In this document: positions 7,156 to 16,548 of the stretch, one piece after another
How the letters are laid out: every line of letters starts with the position of its first letter
How positions within the stretch are numbered: the stretch's first letter is position 1
NCBI GenBank assembly: GCA_021786105.1
Contig: JAJYNW010000008.1
Coordinates: 1-26,703 of the forward strand
Reading direction: 5' to 3'
Source of the DNA: a bacterium
GTDB taxonomy: Bacteria; Patescibacteriota; Microgenomatia; Daviesbacterales; UBA10151
Length of the DNA stretch: 26,703 nt
The notes under the pieces: model-generated
Seen by the model: only the letters and a program-made list of their open reading frames with translations
Told to the model about the DNA's origin: nothing
Databases searched by the model: none
Translations under genes and position numbers: made by a program

Positions 7156-9111
7156 TTACACAATTTGTGCCCTGATCCGGCGAACACCGGCCGACACCGC
7201 TTCTTCTTTAGTAATTTTTATCTTACCAATTATGCCTATATGCTCAACGTGTGGTCCACCGCAAAATTCCAAAGAATAATAACCGGCCCGTTCTCTTTGA
7301 TCTTTAGCTTTAGGATCCAAAGCAAACCCTGGTCCGATTCCGTAAATACTCACTTCATTACCATATTTTTCATCAAATAAACCAATCGCCCCAATTTCTT
7401 TGGCCTCTTGGGGAGACACAATTTTCCGCTCCACTTTTAAGTCCTCCTCAATTCTTTTATTGAGAATATCTTCTGTTTGTTTAATTTCTTCATCTGTCAT
7501 TTTCCTATCAAAGGAAAAATCAAACCGCAGCCTTTCGGAAGTAATATTGGAGCCCTTTTGAAAAACCTGCGGTCCCAATACATCCCGCAAAGCCTGGTGC
7601 AGAAGGTGAGTGGCAGTGTGATATTTAGTCACGGTTTCTGAGTGATCTGCCAAACCACCCTTAAACATGCCTGCTGAAGCAGTCCGGGATAACTCGCGGT
7701 GCTTTTCAAACTCTTTTCTAAACTGCTCCCGGTCAATTTCCTGCCCCTTTTGCCTGAATAACTCCTCTGTTACTTCATATGGAAAACCAAAAGTCTGGTA
7801 TAGATCAAACGCCTTTTTGCCGTCAATTTGATCAATTTTCTCAATTTCTTTCAAACCTTTTTCCAAAGTCTTTTCAAATCTTTGCATCTCCTCATCAATT
7901 ACTTTTTTAATCATGTTAATATCAACCTCTTCAAAATACCCTGTACCCTGATATGTTTCTACCACAGCTTCCACCAGATCTGACATTTTATTCATGGCTT
8001 TTAATTTAAATCCGTCGAGAAAATGCATTTCGACCGCTGCTCTTCTTAATAATCTTCTTAAGATATATCCCTGCAGTTTATTTGAGGGTTCAACACCATC
8101 TTTAATTAAAAAGGTTGCCCCTTTTATATGATCGGCAATGATTCTGAAGTTATCTTTTGGTCCTTTGACTCCGTAAACATTGGCAGCCTGTATCAAGCCT
8201 TCTATTGATTTAATGATATCTTTAAATAAATCAGTTTGGCAAATATCTGGTTTATCTCCTGCTGCGGCCGTTAATCTTTCCAGCCCCCCGCCAAAATCTA
8301 CATTCTTTTGATCTAATTCTTTCAAATTTCCATCTGCTTGTTTTTGGTATTGGATAAACACTGAATTGCCAATTTCTAAAAATCTGCCACAATCACAGTT
8401 TGGATGACATGGTTGGTCTTTCCATGGAGATTCCTCATGCAAACCCAAATTAATTCCAAAATCATAAAACACTTCCGAGTCGGGACCACCAATTTCTCCA
8501 GTTGGCATTTTATCTGGACTTCCAGACCTGCTCCACCAATTCTTACTAACTCCATATTGGAAAATTCTCCCTGCTGAAATTTCCAAGGGACTAGTTTCAG
8601 GATTTGTCATATCGACCACTATTGGGGCTATCTTTTCTTTCTCAAAAAGCTTACTCCATTCTGTAACAGAATCAGCATCTAGTCCTAGTTCAAATGTTTT
8701 TCCGTCCGGGGTTACTACTTGAGAATTATTATCTCCTCCAAAAACCGTTACAAAAAGCCGTTCCGGTTTAAGCTCTAATTCTTTAGTTAAAAATTCCCAA
8801 ATCCAAGGTAGTTGCTCTTTTTTAAAGTAGTCGCCCAAAGACCAATTTCCTAACATTTCAAAAAAAGTAGTATGGCGGTTATCACCCACCTCCTCAATAT
8901 CCTCTGCCCGAAAGGAAGGTTGGGAATCCACCAACCTTTTCCCAGCTGGATGAGATTGACCCAACAAATAGGGGACTAATGGCTGCATACCGGAGGAGGT
9001 AAAAAGGGTAGATGGGTCATTTTCCGGTACTAACTTTGCCGGGGCAATTTCCTTATGCCTGCGATCAGTAAAAAACTTAATATATTTTTCCCGAATATCC
9101 TTGGAACTCAT
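7156..9111 (-). CDS. alaS: Alanine--tRNA ligase (short form lacking the C-Ala domain)
   Basis: LFTSSGMQPL, HTTFFEMLGNWS.GDYFK, IIADH, GYILRRLLRR, LYQTFGFP; editing motifs HTATH and FCGGPH. Confidence 0.98.
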   Translation of the reverse strand: MSSKDIREKYIKFFTDRRHKEIAPAKLVPENDPSTLFTSSGMQPLVPYLLGQSHPAGKRLVDSQPSFRAEDIEEVGDNRHTTFFEMLGNWSLGDYFKKEQLPWIWEFLTKELELKPERLFVTVFGGDNNSQVVTPDGKTFELGLDADSVTEWSKLFEKEKIAPIVVDMTNPETSPLEISAGRIFQYGVSKNWWSRSGSPDKMPTGEIGGPDSEVFYDFGINLGLHEESPWKDQPCHPNCDCGRFLEIGNSVFIQYQKQADGNLKELDQKNVDFGGGLERLTAAAGDKPDICQTDLFKDIIKSIEGLIQAANVYGVKGPKDNFRIIADHIKGATFLIKDGVEPSNKLQGYILRRLLRRAAVEMHFLDGFKLKAMNKMSDLVEAVVETYQGTGYFEEVDINMIKKVIDEEMQRFEKTLEKGLKEIEKIDQIDGKKAFDLYQTFGFPYEVTEELFRQKGQEIDREQFRKEFEKHRELSRTASAGMFKGGLADHSETVTKYHTATHLLHQALRDVLGPQVFQKGSNITSERLRFDFSFDRKMTDEEIKQTEDILNKRIEEDLKVERKIVSPQEAKEIGAIGLFDEKYGNEVSIYGIGPGFALDPKAKDQRERAGYYSLEFCGGPHVEHIGIIGKIKITKEEAVSAGVRRIRAQIV

Positions 9112-9130
9112 GAAGCTATTTTAACATTAA

Positions 9131-9955
9131 TTACTGTTTGGACGGAGAATTAAATTTGATTGATGAAATAATTGCTTTTTCTAAAGGCACAACTAAACTA
9201 TTATTTTGATTAAGACTCTCATCTATATAAAGCAAATCTTGATTATTCAGCGGAACAAAAACTCTTTTCCCTACAATCAGTGCTTTTTTATTATTTATCT
9301 CTATTTCTTGCATCTTATCAAAACTCCAAGTTACATGATCTGCATAAACAGGACCACTAACACCATCAGTGCCAGGCCTAACTTTGTAAGTACCAGGCAT
9401 TAATTCTATCGATTTCGGATCTTTAGATAGTAACGCCTGAAGCCAAGCTACGCCAGTTTTGTAACTAGGATGCCTAAAAGGACTTTGCTGAAAATCCTCT
9501 GCTTTAACAATCACAAATCCTACGAAATAATTTATATAATTATGTATCTGAGCTGAAGCAATATACGCATCATGAATATCATCAGAAACTTTACATTGCC
9601 ATTCGGGAGGACACTTAAATAAAAAGCCAGAATGCGTATCAATTTCTTTCCAATTGCTTATATCAATAGGGTCCTTAATTTCTTCAATATAAATTTTCCC
9701 CTCGCCACTCTCACATTGCTTAGGATAACTTTCAACAACTTTACTACCCACAGATTTAATACAATCATTAAAAGTAGCAATAAAAGGAATTTCTGCTGGA
9801 ATAGGTGAGGACTGAGAACTAGAAATAGATTTAAACTGTTTTTGGTAAATTAAATATCCACCAATTATTGCTACAGCTATCAAAATAATTATTAAAATTG
9901 GTGCCAGGCCTTTTTGTTTATTTTTCGCAGAAAAACAGTCCCACGGTTTATTCAC
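9131..9955 (-). CDS. Prepilin-like-signal surface protein with a small Cys module plus a PsbP-like module (family member 3); start re-assigned to GTG 9955
   Basis: QKG|LAPIL segment; TFNDC...VESYPKQC module; SNWKE..FLFKCPPEW; IISSIKF. TGtTATACT lies 7 nt before the GTG; the upstream ORF extension reads through a repeat. Confidence 0.82.
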   Translation of the reverse strand: MNKPWDCFSAKNKQKGLAPILIIILIAVAIIGGYLIYQKQFKSISSSQSSPIPAEIPFIATFNDCIKSVGSKVVESYPKQCESGEGKIYIEEIKDPIDISNWKEIDTHSGFLFKCPPEWQCKVSDDIHDAYIASAQIHNYINYFVGFVIVKAEDFQQSPFRHPSYKTGVAWLQALLSKDPKSIELMPGTYKVRPGTDGVSGPVYADHVTWSFDKMQEIEINNKKALIVGKRVFVPLNNQDLLYIDESLNQNNSLVVPLEKAIISSIKFNSPSKQ

Positions 9956-9992
9956 TAAATTTAGTATAACATTCTTTTTTTGCTTAGAAACA

Positions 9993-10044
9993 AAGGGCGT
10001 TAAAAAATCGCAGGATTTGCGACTCAGGGGAACCACAAACTGAC
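9993..10044. repeat. Partial copy of the 2166-2283 element
   Basis: 42 bp identical to 2166-2207; 50/52 overall. Confidence 0.85.
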
Positions 10045-10085
10045 CGAACGATTAAAGAACTTTTTTATAAGAAAATCTTGCAAGC

Positions 10086-10376
10086 TCACAAGGTTCGCTT
10101 GTAGAATCTTTTGGGTTTAGGTCTTATCATTTTTTGTATCATACTGACAGCTCCGGATACAGCTTGGACTTCTGCATTAGTTACCAAATTGCTGGCCGCT
10201 GCCACTGGTTTTTCCACATCAGAAGCAATATTTTCCCCGGTTTGCAAAATATGGTTAAACTTGTCCAAGCCCTTTTTTAAATCCCGTAAAATAAAAAATA
10301 CTTGGATGCCGGTAATCCCGAGAAAAATTGATAAAAGTAAAATTAAAAAGATAAGGGCAATCTGCAAAAAATCCAT
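10086..10376 (-). CDS. Small membrane-anchored protein (DUF948-like)
   Basis: N-terminal TM segment, helical middle, basic C-terminus; TGaTATATT 8 nt before the ATG. Confidence 0.75.
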   Translation of the reverse strand: MDFLQIALIFLILLLSIFLGITGIQVFFILRDLKKGLDKFNHILQTGENIASDVEKPVAAASNLVTNAEVQAVSGAVSMIQKMIRPKPKRFYKRTL

Positions 10377-10399
10377 GGATTCTTAATATATCACACCTG

Positions 10400-11038
10400 T
10401 TATTTTTTCAGAAATACTGTTTTTTCCACTTTAGTCACCTGACCGGATTTGGAAGTAGCAGTAATTTCGATATTGTTAATATTATCAGTCAGCTTAATTT
10501 CCTGGACAAATTTTCCGGAAGCATCTACCCCGATCTCCTGATTGTTAATGCTTAATTTGGCCTCCGGATCTGTTCTGCCAATTACCTGAATCGTCTCGGA
10601 ATTGGTATTTAATTGGTTGGCCGGCTGGGAAACTTCCAGATATGGTCCCCCCACTAAAAAACGGTATTCAAACCAAAGATAAGCAAAAAATATAATTACC
10701 ATCCCCAAAATTACACTCCCCAAAGCCCGGGCCGGAGTTAACCGAAACTTTTTTTGGTCAACCGGGTTGGTAAAAGTTTCCAAAACCCGGGGCGGATGCT
10801 TAAATTCCGAAAACTCCCTTCGGTATATTGCCAGCAGTTTTTCCTGATTTAAACCCAAAAACTTGCCGTAATTTTTAATAAATCCCTGAACAAAAGTAGG
10901 CGGGGGAAGTTTGTTGTACTGACCGGCTTCTAAAGCTTCCAGTAATTCTTTACGGATTTTGGTGGCTTTTTCAATTTCATCCAGAGTATAAAACTTATTT
11001 TCCCTTTCTTCTTTTAAAACCTGACCAACTGTCCGCAT
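10400..11038 (-). CDS. RodZ-like HTH membrane protein with a C-terminal Ig-like domain
   Basis: VGQVLKEERE..TLDEIEKATKIRKELLEALE.G..LP..FVQGFIKNY HTH, TM helix, beta-rich C-terminus. Confidence 0.88.
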   Translation of the reverse strand: MRTVGQVLKEERENKFYTLDEIEKATKIRKELLEALEAGQYNKLPPPTFVQGFIKNYGKFLGLNQEKLLAIYRREFSEFKHPPRVLETFTNPVDQKKFRLTPARALGSVILGMVIIFFAYLWFEYRFLVGGPYLEVSQPANQLNTNSETIQVIGRTDPEAKLSINNQEIGVDASGKFVQEIKLTDNINNIEITATSKSGQVTKVEKTVFLKK

Positions 11039-11066
11039 ATGATACGGATTTTACCAGAATGACTGA

Positions 11067-11095
11067 TTGACATAAAGGCTTGCGCTTTTTAATAT
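11067..11095 (+). promoter_or_regulatory. Sigma70-type promoter for 11103..11642 (apparently leaderless)
   Basis: TTGACA (11067-72), 17 bp, TAATAT (11090-95), 7 nt, ATG. Confidence 0.75.
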
Positions 11096-11102
11096 ACAAC
11101 TA

Positions 11103-11642
11103 ATGTCCGACCAGTCTGTATCGTCCGTACAAAATGATAATTCCGCCCCGCTCCCGCCGCCTGTTGGTGACCCGGAAAAAGCCAGCTATTACACCGATAA
11201 GCTGACTGAACTTGTCAGTACAGACAAATTGACAGTTATGCGCACTGATCTTGCCAAATTTGACCCTACTTCTTTACAGGACCACTATCGGTTGGATCTA
11301 AACGATTACGAAGTAGAGATTAGCCACAATAAACAACCTGATTCAGGCAAAGATTTCTACGTAATGTTATTTAATAACTTAAAGCACATCAGCAACGGCT
11401 GCACAGAAAAAGCTATTCTGGCTTATATCCATATATCAGGGGACCAATTTGCCAAGTTTAAAACTGTAGCAGATGACCAAATTGATAGGAAAAGGAAAGA
11501 AGCCGAGGAAAAAAGATTCAAAGAAGCCATGGCGCCAATTGATCAAGCTCTGGAGCAGCTGAATACAACCAATTCCCAACCAGCAGCCGATAACACTCAA
11601 GCACCAACCAACCACATACCGCCAGTTTTTGCCCAATCCTAA
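11103..11642 (+). CDS. Hypothetical protein
   Basis: 179-aa ORF filling the gap between genes, preceded by a consensus promoter; coiled-coil-like KRKEAEEKRFKE segment. Confidence 0.8.
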   Translation: MSDQSVSSVQNDNSAPLPPPVGDPEKASYYTDKLTELVSTDKLTVMRTDLAKFDPTSLQDHYRLDLNDYEVEISHNKQPDSGKDFYVMLFNNLKHISNGCTEKAILAYIHISGDQFAKFKTVADDQIDRKRKEAEEKRFKEAMAPIDQALEQLNTTNSQPAADNTQAPTNHIPPVFAQS

Positions 11643-12232
11643 ACCTTGAGCTTAAAGCTGCCTTCCCTTAAAACTATCTGCTTACCGTCTTCATATAATT
11701 GCACGATAGTGGAAGGTTTTGATTTTAATTTGCCGCCGTCAACATAAAAAGAGATATCATTACCAAAGTATCTTTTCGCCTCTGTTATAGTTTCCGCCGG
11801 TTTATTCTTTTCCGAGTTGGCACTGGGTGCTACCAGCGGTCCAGCATTTTCTAAAATTTTCAGCAAAGCTTCATTTTTAGGTATCCTAAAGGCCAAACTT
11901 TTTTTACCCCTATGCAAATAGGCAAACTTTTCGGCCGGGCAGGGCAAAATTACGCTGACCGGATTAGGCCAAATCTTTTTCAAAAAATCTTTTTGCTGAT
12001 TAGTTAAAACTATACCAAATTTCTTCAAATCATTTAAAGAAAAAACTAAAATGATCATCGGTTTGGCAATATTCCTTTTCCGCAATTTATAAATTTCTTC
12101 CACTACCGACGGGTTTAACGCCGAACCAACAATGCCATAAATGGTATCCGTCGGCATCACGCCGATTTTACCGTTTTTCAATAAATTGGTAATCTGACCG
12201 ATATTTTCAAAAGTCAAATCAAGCGTATCCAT
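11639..12232 (-). CDS. tsaC: L-threonylcarbamoyladenylate synthase (YrdC/Sua5 domain); start re-assigned to ATG 12232
   Basis: MPTDTIYGI, WPNPVSVI, AFRIP, PLVAPSAN, PSTIV; TGgTACAAT 7 nt before ATG 12232. Confidence 0.93.
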   Translation of the reverse strand: MDTLDLTFENIGQITNLLKNGKIGVMPTDTIYGIVGSALNPSVVEEIYKLRKRNIAKPMIILVFSLNDLKKFGIVLTNQQKDFLKKIWPNPVSVILPCPAEKFAYLHRGKKSLAFRIPKNEALLKILENAGPLVAPSANSEKNKPAETITEAKRYFGNDISFYVDGGKLKSKPSTIVQLYEDGKQIVLREGSFKLKV

Positions 12233-12260
12233 GTGCTCAATTGTACCAAAAACTACAAAA

Positions 12261-12301
12261 GTCATTGCGAGCGAACGAAGCGAACGCGGCAATCTTCCCA
12301 C
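12261..12301. repeat. GTCATTGCGAG-type element, half copy
   Basis: gtcattgcgagcgaacgaagcgaacgcggcaatcttcc matches the left half of 3657-3742. Confidence 0.8.
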
Positions 12302-12353
12302 TAAATATTCCCATTATGTTCACGGTCGTGAATACTTTGGGACAGTTAAAAAC

Positions 12354-12563
12354 TCACTTAACTTGTGTTAAGGAGAAACTTTTGATAGGACACTGAGTTC
12401 TTTCTGGATCTGTTGTTGAATCAGAGAAAAAACAAAAAGGGGTTTTAACTCCATTTCTTATAAGAATCCTGCAATCTTGATCTTTGCAACCGCGCCTCCA
12501 TTTACCTTCCTCAAGCCGTTTCGTAAATTCATCTGTTTCTGCACGAAATTCGCAAGTTTTCAT
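12354..12563 (-). CDS. Small Cys-containing hypothetical protein
   Basis: 69 aa with 5 Cys; TATAAT 8 nt before the ATG, as for other genes in the window. Confidence 0.6.
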   Translation of the reverse strand: MKTCEFRAETDEFTKRLEEGKWRRGCKDQDCRILIRNGVKTPFCFFSDSTTDPERTQCPIKSFSLTQVK

Positions 12564-12595
12564 TTGCGGACATTATACATCTACTTTACGTTCTA

Positions 12596-14704
12596 TCAAG
12601 AAGAGCTTTGCTGTTGTGCAGCAAAATATTCATCAGCATTTCTGACCAAGACATCCCGGGGTTTGGAACCTTCCCCCGGTCCAATAATGCCGGCCATTTC
12701 CAGTTCATCAATAATCCGGGCGGCCCGGGCATAACCAACTTTTAATCTCCGTTGCAATAATGAGGCCGACGCCCGATCGTATTGGCAAATCGTCCTGACT
12801 GCTTCTTCAAATAACTCGTCTTGATCACCACCACCGCCATTTCCACCCCTGCCGCCTGCCCGGCCAATCGGCATTTCAGTAACTTCTGCTGTGTATTGCG
12901 GCGCAATACCGGTAGATTTGAGGTATTTAATTAAATTATTAATCTCGCCGTCCTGCACAAATACCCCCTGAATACGCATCGGCTTGGAAGCATCCGGCGG
13001 CAGGAATAACATGTCTCCCCGTCCCAGCAACTTCTCAGCCCCTGGCCCGTCCAAAATCACCCGGGAATCCACCATGGAAGACACATTAAAGGCAATTCGG
13101 CAGGGGATATTGGCTTTAATTAAACCGGTGATGACATCAACCGATGGCCGCTGGGTAGCCACTACCAAATGGATGCCAGTGGCCCGGGCCAGCTGGGCAA
13201 TCCTGGTAATAGCATCTTCAATTTCCACTGGGGCAAACATCATCAAATCCGCCAGCTCATCAATAATAATCACAATATATGGCAAAGCTTGAAAACCGGA
13301 CATCTCGTTATAACCAGTGATATTTCTGACCCCCACTGACTGGAATAATTTGTAGCGCCTGTCCATTTCCGCCATGGCCCACTTTAGAGAAGACAAAATC
13401 TTTTCCGGCTCGGTAATCACCGGGGTTAATAAGTGGGGGATACCATTATAGCTGGTCAGCTCCACCCTTTTCGGATCAATTAAAATTAATTTCAGTTCGT
13501 CCGGTGAATTTCTAAACAGCAAAGAGGTAATAATAGCGTTAAGCATGATTGATTTTCCTGAACCAGTGGTTCCGGCAATCAAACAGTGCGGCATTTTATC
13601 AATATCCACAATCATCGGCTTTGAGGAAGTATCACGCCCTAAAGCTACAGCCAGCTTGGATTTGTGACGGGACATTTCATCTGAGGATAAAACGTGTTTA
13701 AGTCCCACAATTTCCAGTGAATGATTCGGTACTTCGATACCCACCAAAGATTTGCCCGGAATTGGTGCCTCAATCCTGACCGTACCGGTTGGAGTAGCTA
13801 ATGCTAAAGCCATATCATGCTGTAAATTGGCAATTTTGGAAATTTTGGTGCCGGCGGAAATCCTCAAAGCATACTGGGTAACAGCCGGTCCGCCGTTAAC
13901 TTCAGCCACAGTGGCCTGAACGCCAAAAGAATCCAAGGTTTTTTCAATAATAGAGGCACTCTTTTTAACATCTCCCCGGTCAGCAGCTGATCCAACTTTA
14001 TCAGACAACAGCGAGGCTGGTGGATATTTCCAAACCTTACTTTGCCCGGCCACATTTTGCACTAATACATCAGCAATAATTGGTCCCTGGCCTTTTTGCT
14101 GCTGCACTTGCGGTCTGGGAGTCGGCCGGTCATCAACTCCGGATACTTTAATCGGAATATGTTTGGCTTCAAAAGTATTTTGCCTGTTCAAAAGCGGTTT
14201 AACAATTCCTGTTAAAGCATTAAAAATCCATCCAAAAATAGCAAAAATTTGCTGCAGGGAAGTATCAAAAAGCACCACTAGTCCGCCGACAAAAACTAAT
14301 AGCAGTAAAGCTACTGCTCCCAAAGGAGTAACAAAAGAGGAAAGCTGCACCCATAAAGTTTGCCCGATTAAACCCGCCTTCTCCAGCTTTACTGCTCCTA
14401 TTAAAGATGCAATCGACAACACTACCAGTAAAAAGCCTAATAACACATTAGTTTGGGCAAATTTCCACCGGGCTTTTGTTAGTACTAGTCCTGATAAAAG
14501 GAATATCACCGGAGCTGACAGTTTCATTACACCTAAATATTCACCCAAAAAATCCCGCCAAAAAGATATAGTTTCCGAATGAGTAAAAATAGCGGCGCCG
14601 GACAAGACTGCCAAAATAAAAGCTACTAATGTACCGATGGCAGTTATTGTTTTTTGTTTTAATTTAAACTTTGGTAATTTATAGATAGATTTTCTTCTAG
14701 CCAT
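12596..14704 (-). CDS. ftsK: DNA translocase FtsK/SpoIIIE
   Basis: N-terminal TM segments, RIEAPIPGK, Walker A GTTGSGKS, IIDELADLM, ATQRPSVDV, gamma domain LLQRRLKVGYARAARIID. Confidence 0.98.
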   Translation of the reverse strand: MARRKSIYKLPKFKLKQKTITAIGTLVAFILAVLSGAAIFTHSETISFWRDFLGEYLGVMKLSAPVIFLLSGLVLTKARWKFAQTNVLLGFLLVVLSIASLIGAVKLEKAGLIGQTLWVQLSSFVTPLGAVALLLLVFVGGLVVLFDTSLQQIFAIFGWIFNALTGIVKPLLNRQNTFEAKHIPIKVSGVDDRPTPRPQVQQQKGQGPIIADVLVQNVAGQSKVWKYPPASLLSDKVGSAADRGDVKKSASIIEKTLDSFGVQATVAEVNGGPAVTQYALRISAGTKISKIANLQHDMALALATPTGTVRIEAPIPGKSLVGIEVPNHSLEIVGLKHVLSSDEMSRHKSKLAVALGRDTSSKPMIVDIDKMPHCLIAGTTGSGKSIMLNAIITSLLFRNSPDELKLILIDPKRVELTSYNGIPHLLTPVITEPEKILSSLKWAMAEMDRRYKLFQSVGVRNITGYNEMSGFQALPYIVIIIDELADLMMFAPVEIEDAITRIAQLARATGIHLVVATQRPSVDVITGLIKANIPCRIAFNVSSMVDSRVILDGPGAEKLLGRGDMLFLPPDASKPMRIQGVFVQDGEINNLIKYLKSTGIAPQYTAEVTEMPIGRAGGRGGNGGGGDQDELFEEAVRTICQYDRASASLLQRRLKVGYARAARIIDELEMAGIIGPGEGSKPRDVLVRNADEYFAAQQQSSS

Positions 14705-14750
14705 AACTTTATTGTAGCCTACTCCCTATTATACCACACTATAGGATTGA

Positions 14751-16445
14751 TTATACCTCCACCACCACGGGCAGAATTAGCGGTCTCCTTCCGGTAGCCT
14801 GATATAAGAATTTCTCAAGCGATCCTTCAATGACTTTTCTGACAAAACGCCAATCACTTCCCTTGTGAATATGTTTTTGCAGACTATCCCTAACCACTCT
14901 TTTAGCATCCTGCAAAACATCTTTGGCCATCTCTTCAAAAACAAATCCCCGCGAAATAATGTCCGCCTCAGACACCGGCTGACCGGTATGCTGGTCTACT
15001 GATATTACCACAACCACCACCCCTTCCTCACTCATTTTTTGCCTATCCCGCAATATCACATGCCCGACATCACCAATCCCCAATCCGTCTACATAAACAT
15101 TCTGCACATCCACCTTGCCGTCTAATTTAATACTGCCGCCCTTCACCTCCACCATATCTCCATCTTCCGCCTCTATCACCTGTTTTTTATCATAACCCAT
15201 ACCTTCAACCATTTTGGCAAAAGCCACCATGTGCCGGAAAGTGCCGCCAATCGGCAGCAGGAATTGAGGTTTAATTAAGTTCACCATTAACCGAAGCTCT
15301 TCCAAAGCCGCGTGCCCGGACACATGCAAATCAGAAGTCACGGCCGAATAATAAACATTTATCCCAAGTCTCGATAAAGAATCAATCAACGCGTATTGCG
15401 CCGATTCCGTAGAAGGAATCGGATCGGCGGAAAAAATCACGCTGTCTCCTTCCCGAAGCTTCACCTGTTTATGCTCCTCGTTAGCTGCCCTCGACAATGA
15501 CGAATCGGATTGGCCCTGGGCGCCGGCAATCAAAACTAATACTTTGTTGGGAGCAAATGAGGACAGGGCATCAGAGGCGATTATAATACCGGGGGGAACT
15601 TTTAAATATCCCAAGTCCCTGGCCACCTGGAAATTATTTTCAAAAGACCGGCCCACAACAGCCACCTTTCTGCCTAATTTATACGCCACGTTAATAGCCT
15701 GCTGCATCCGAGAAACGTTTGAAGAAGTGGTGGTAATCAAAACTTTACCAGACGTTTCTGAGGCGGCTTTTTCAAAAGTATCCTCAATTGATTTTTCTGA
15801 TTTATTAAAACCCGGCTTATCCACCCTTAAACAGTCAATTAATAAAAGTAGCACCCCTTCATTCCCTAACTCAGCCGCCTTCCCCACATCCGTCACTTGA
15901 CCAGAAACCGGCGTCCAATCAATCTTAAAATCGGCCTGGTGAATAATTAAACCTTGGGGTGTTCTGATAACTACACCGGTGGAATCAGGCACTGAGTGGG
16001 AAACCTGATAAAAAGATACCCGGAAATCCCCTAACTCCAATCTTTGGTCAATTTTAACCTCCATAATTTTATTTTTCGGTAAATTATGCTCAGTAAATTT
16101 GGCCCGGATAAAACCGGCAGTTAATTTTTGGGTATAAATCGGCGCTTGCAGCTCCGGCCAAATATAGGGCAAACCGCCAATGTGATCTTCGTGCCCATGA
16201 GTAATAATTATTCCCCTAATCTTATCTTTCTTATCCCGAAGATACGTAATATCCGGAATTACCAAATCCACTCCCGGCATCGCTTCATCCGGAAACCCTA
16301 CTCCGCAGTCAATAATAATGATGTCCTTATCAGTCTCGTAGACATACATGTTTTTGGTCACATCACCCACACCGCCTAAAGGAATAATCCTGAGCGGCTG
16401 ATTGCTATTTTGCGTATCTAAAAACTTTGGTCTAAATGTTTTCAT
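14751..16445 (-). CDS. rnj: Ribonuclease J
   Basis: IPLGGVG, IDCG, THGHEDHIGG, HSVPD, HVSGHA, RRPLILPVV; AAGGAG Shine-Dalgarno upstream. Confidence 0.97.
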   Translation of the reverse strand: MKTFRPKFLDTQNSNQPLRIIPLGGVGDVTKNMYVYETDKDIIIIDCGVGFPDEAMPGVDLVIPDITYLRDKKDKIRGIIITHGHEDHIGGLPYIWPELQAPIYTQKLTAGFIRAKFTEHNLPKNKIMEVKIDQRLELGDFRVSFYQVSHSVPDSTGVVIRTPQGLIIHQADFKIDWTPVSGQVTDVGKAAELGNEGVLLLLIDCLRVDKPGFNKSEKSIEDTFEKAASETSGKVLITTTSSNVSRMQQAINVAYKLGRKVAVVGRSFENNFQVARDLGYLKVPPGIIIASDALSSFAPNKVLVLIAGAQGQSDSSLSRAANEEHKQVKLREGDSVIFSADPIPSTESAQYALIDSLSRLGINVYYSAVTSDLHVSGHAALEELRLMVNLIKPQFLLPIGGTFRHMVAFAKMVEGMGYDKKQVIEAEDGDMVEVKGGSIKLDGKVDVQNVYVDGLGIGDVGHVILRDRQKMSEEGVVVVVISVDQHTGQPVSEADIISRGFVFEEMAKDVLQDAKRVVRDSLQKHIHKGSDWRFVRKVIEGSLEKFLYQATGRRPLILPVVVEV

Positions 16446-16455
16446 AATCTCCTTC

Positions 16456-16548
16456 TGTCATTCTGAGCGAAACGAATAATCTCTCACAAATGTGAGATTA
16501 TCAGGAATCTTGGCGAGATCCTTCGTCGCTTCACTCCTCAGGATGACA
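16456..16548. repeat. GTCATTCTGAG/CTCAGGATGAC palindromic element supplying the stop codon of the Lon-like gene
   Basis: Arms tgtcattctgag (16456-67) and ctcaggatgaca (16537-48); inner hairpin taatctctcaca-aa-tgtgagatta. Confidence 0.85.

Noticed and set aside
2166-10044. CRISPR repeats
   Set aside because: Only two copies, 7.8 kb apart, with no repeat-spacer periodicity or cas genes
12233-12301. N-terminal extension MGRLPRSLRSLAMT of TsaC
   Set aside because: Encoded by a palindromic element; a -10 box supports ATG 12232
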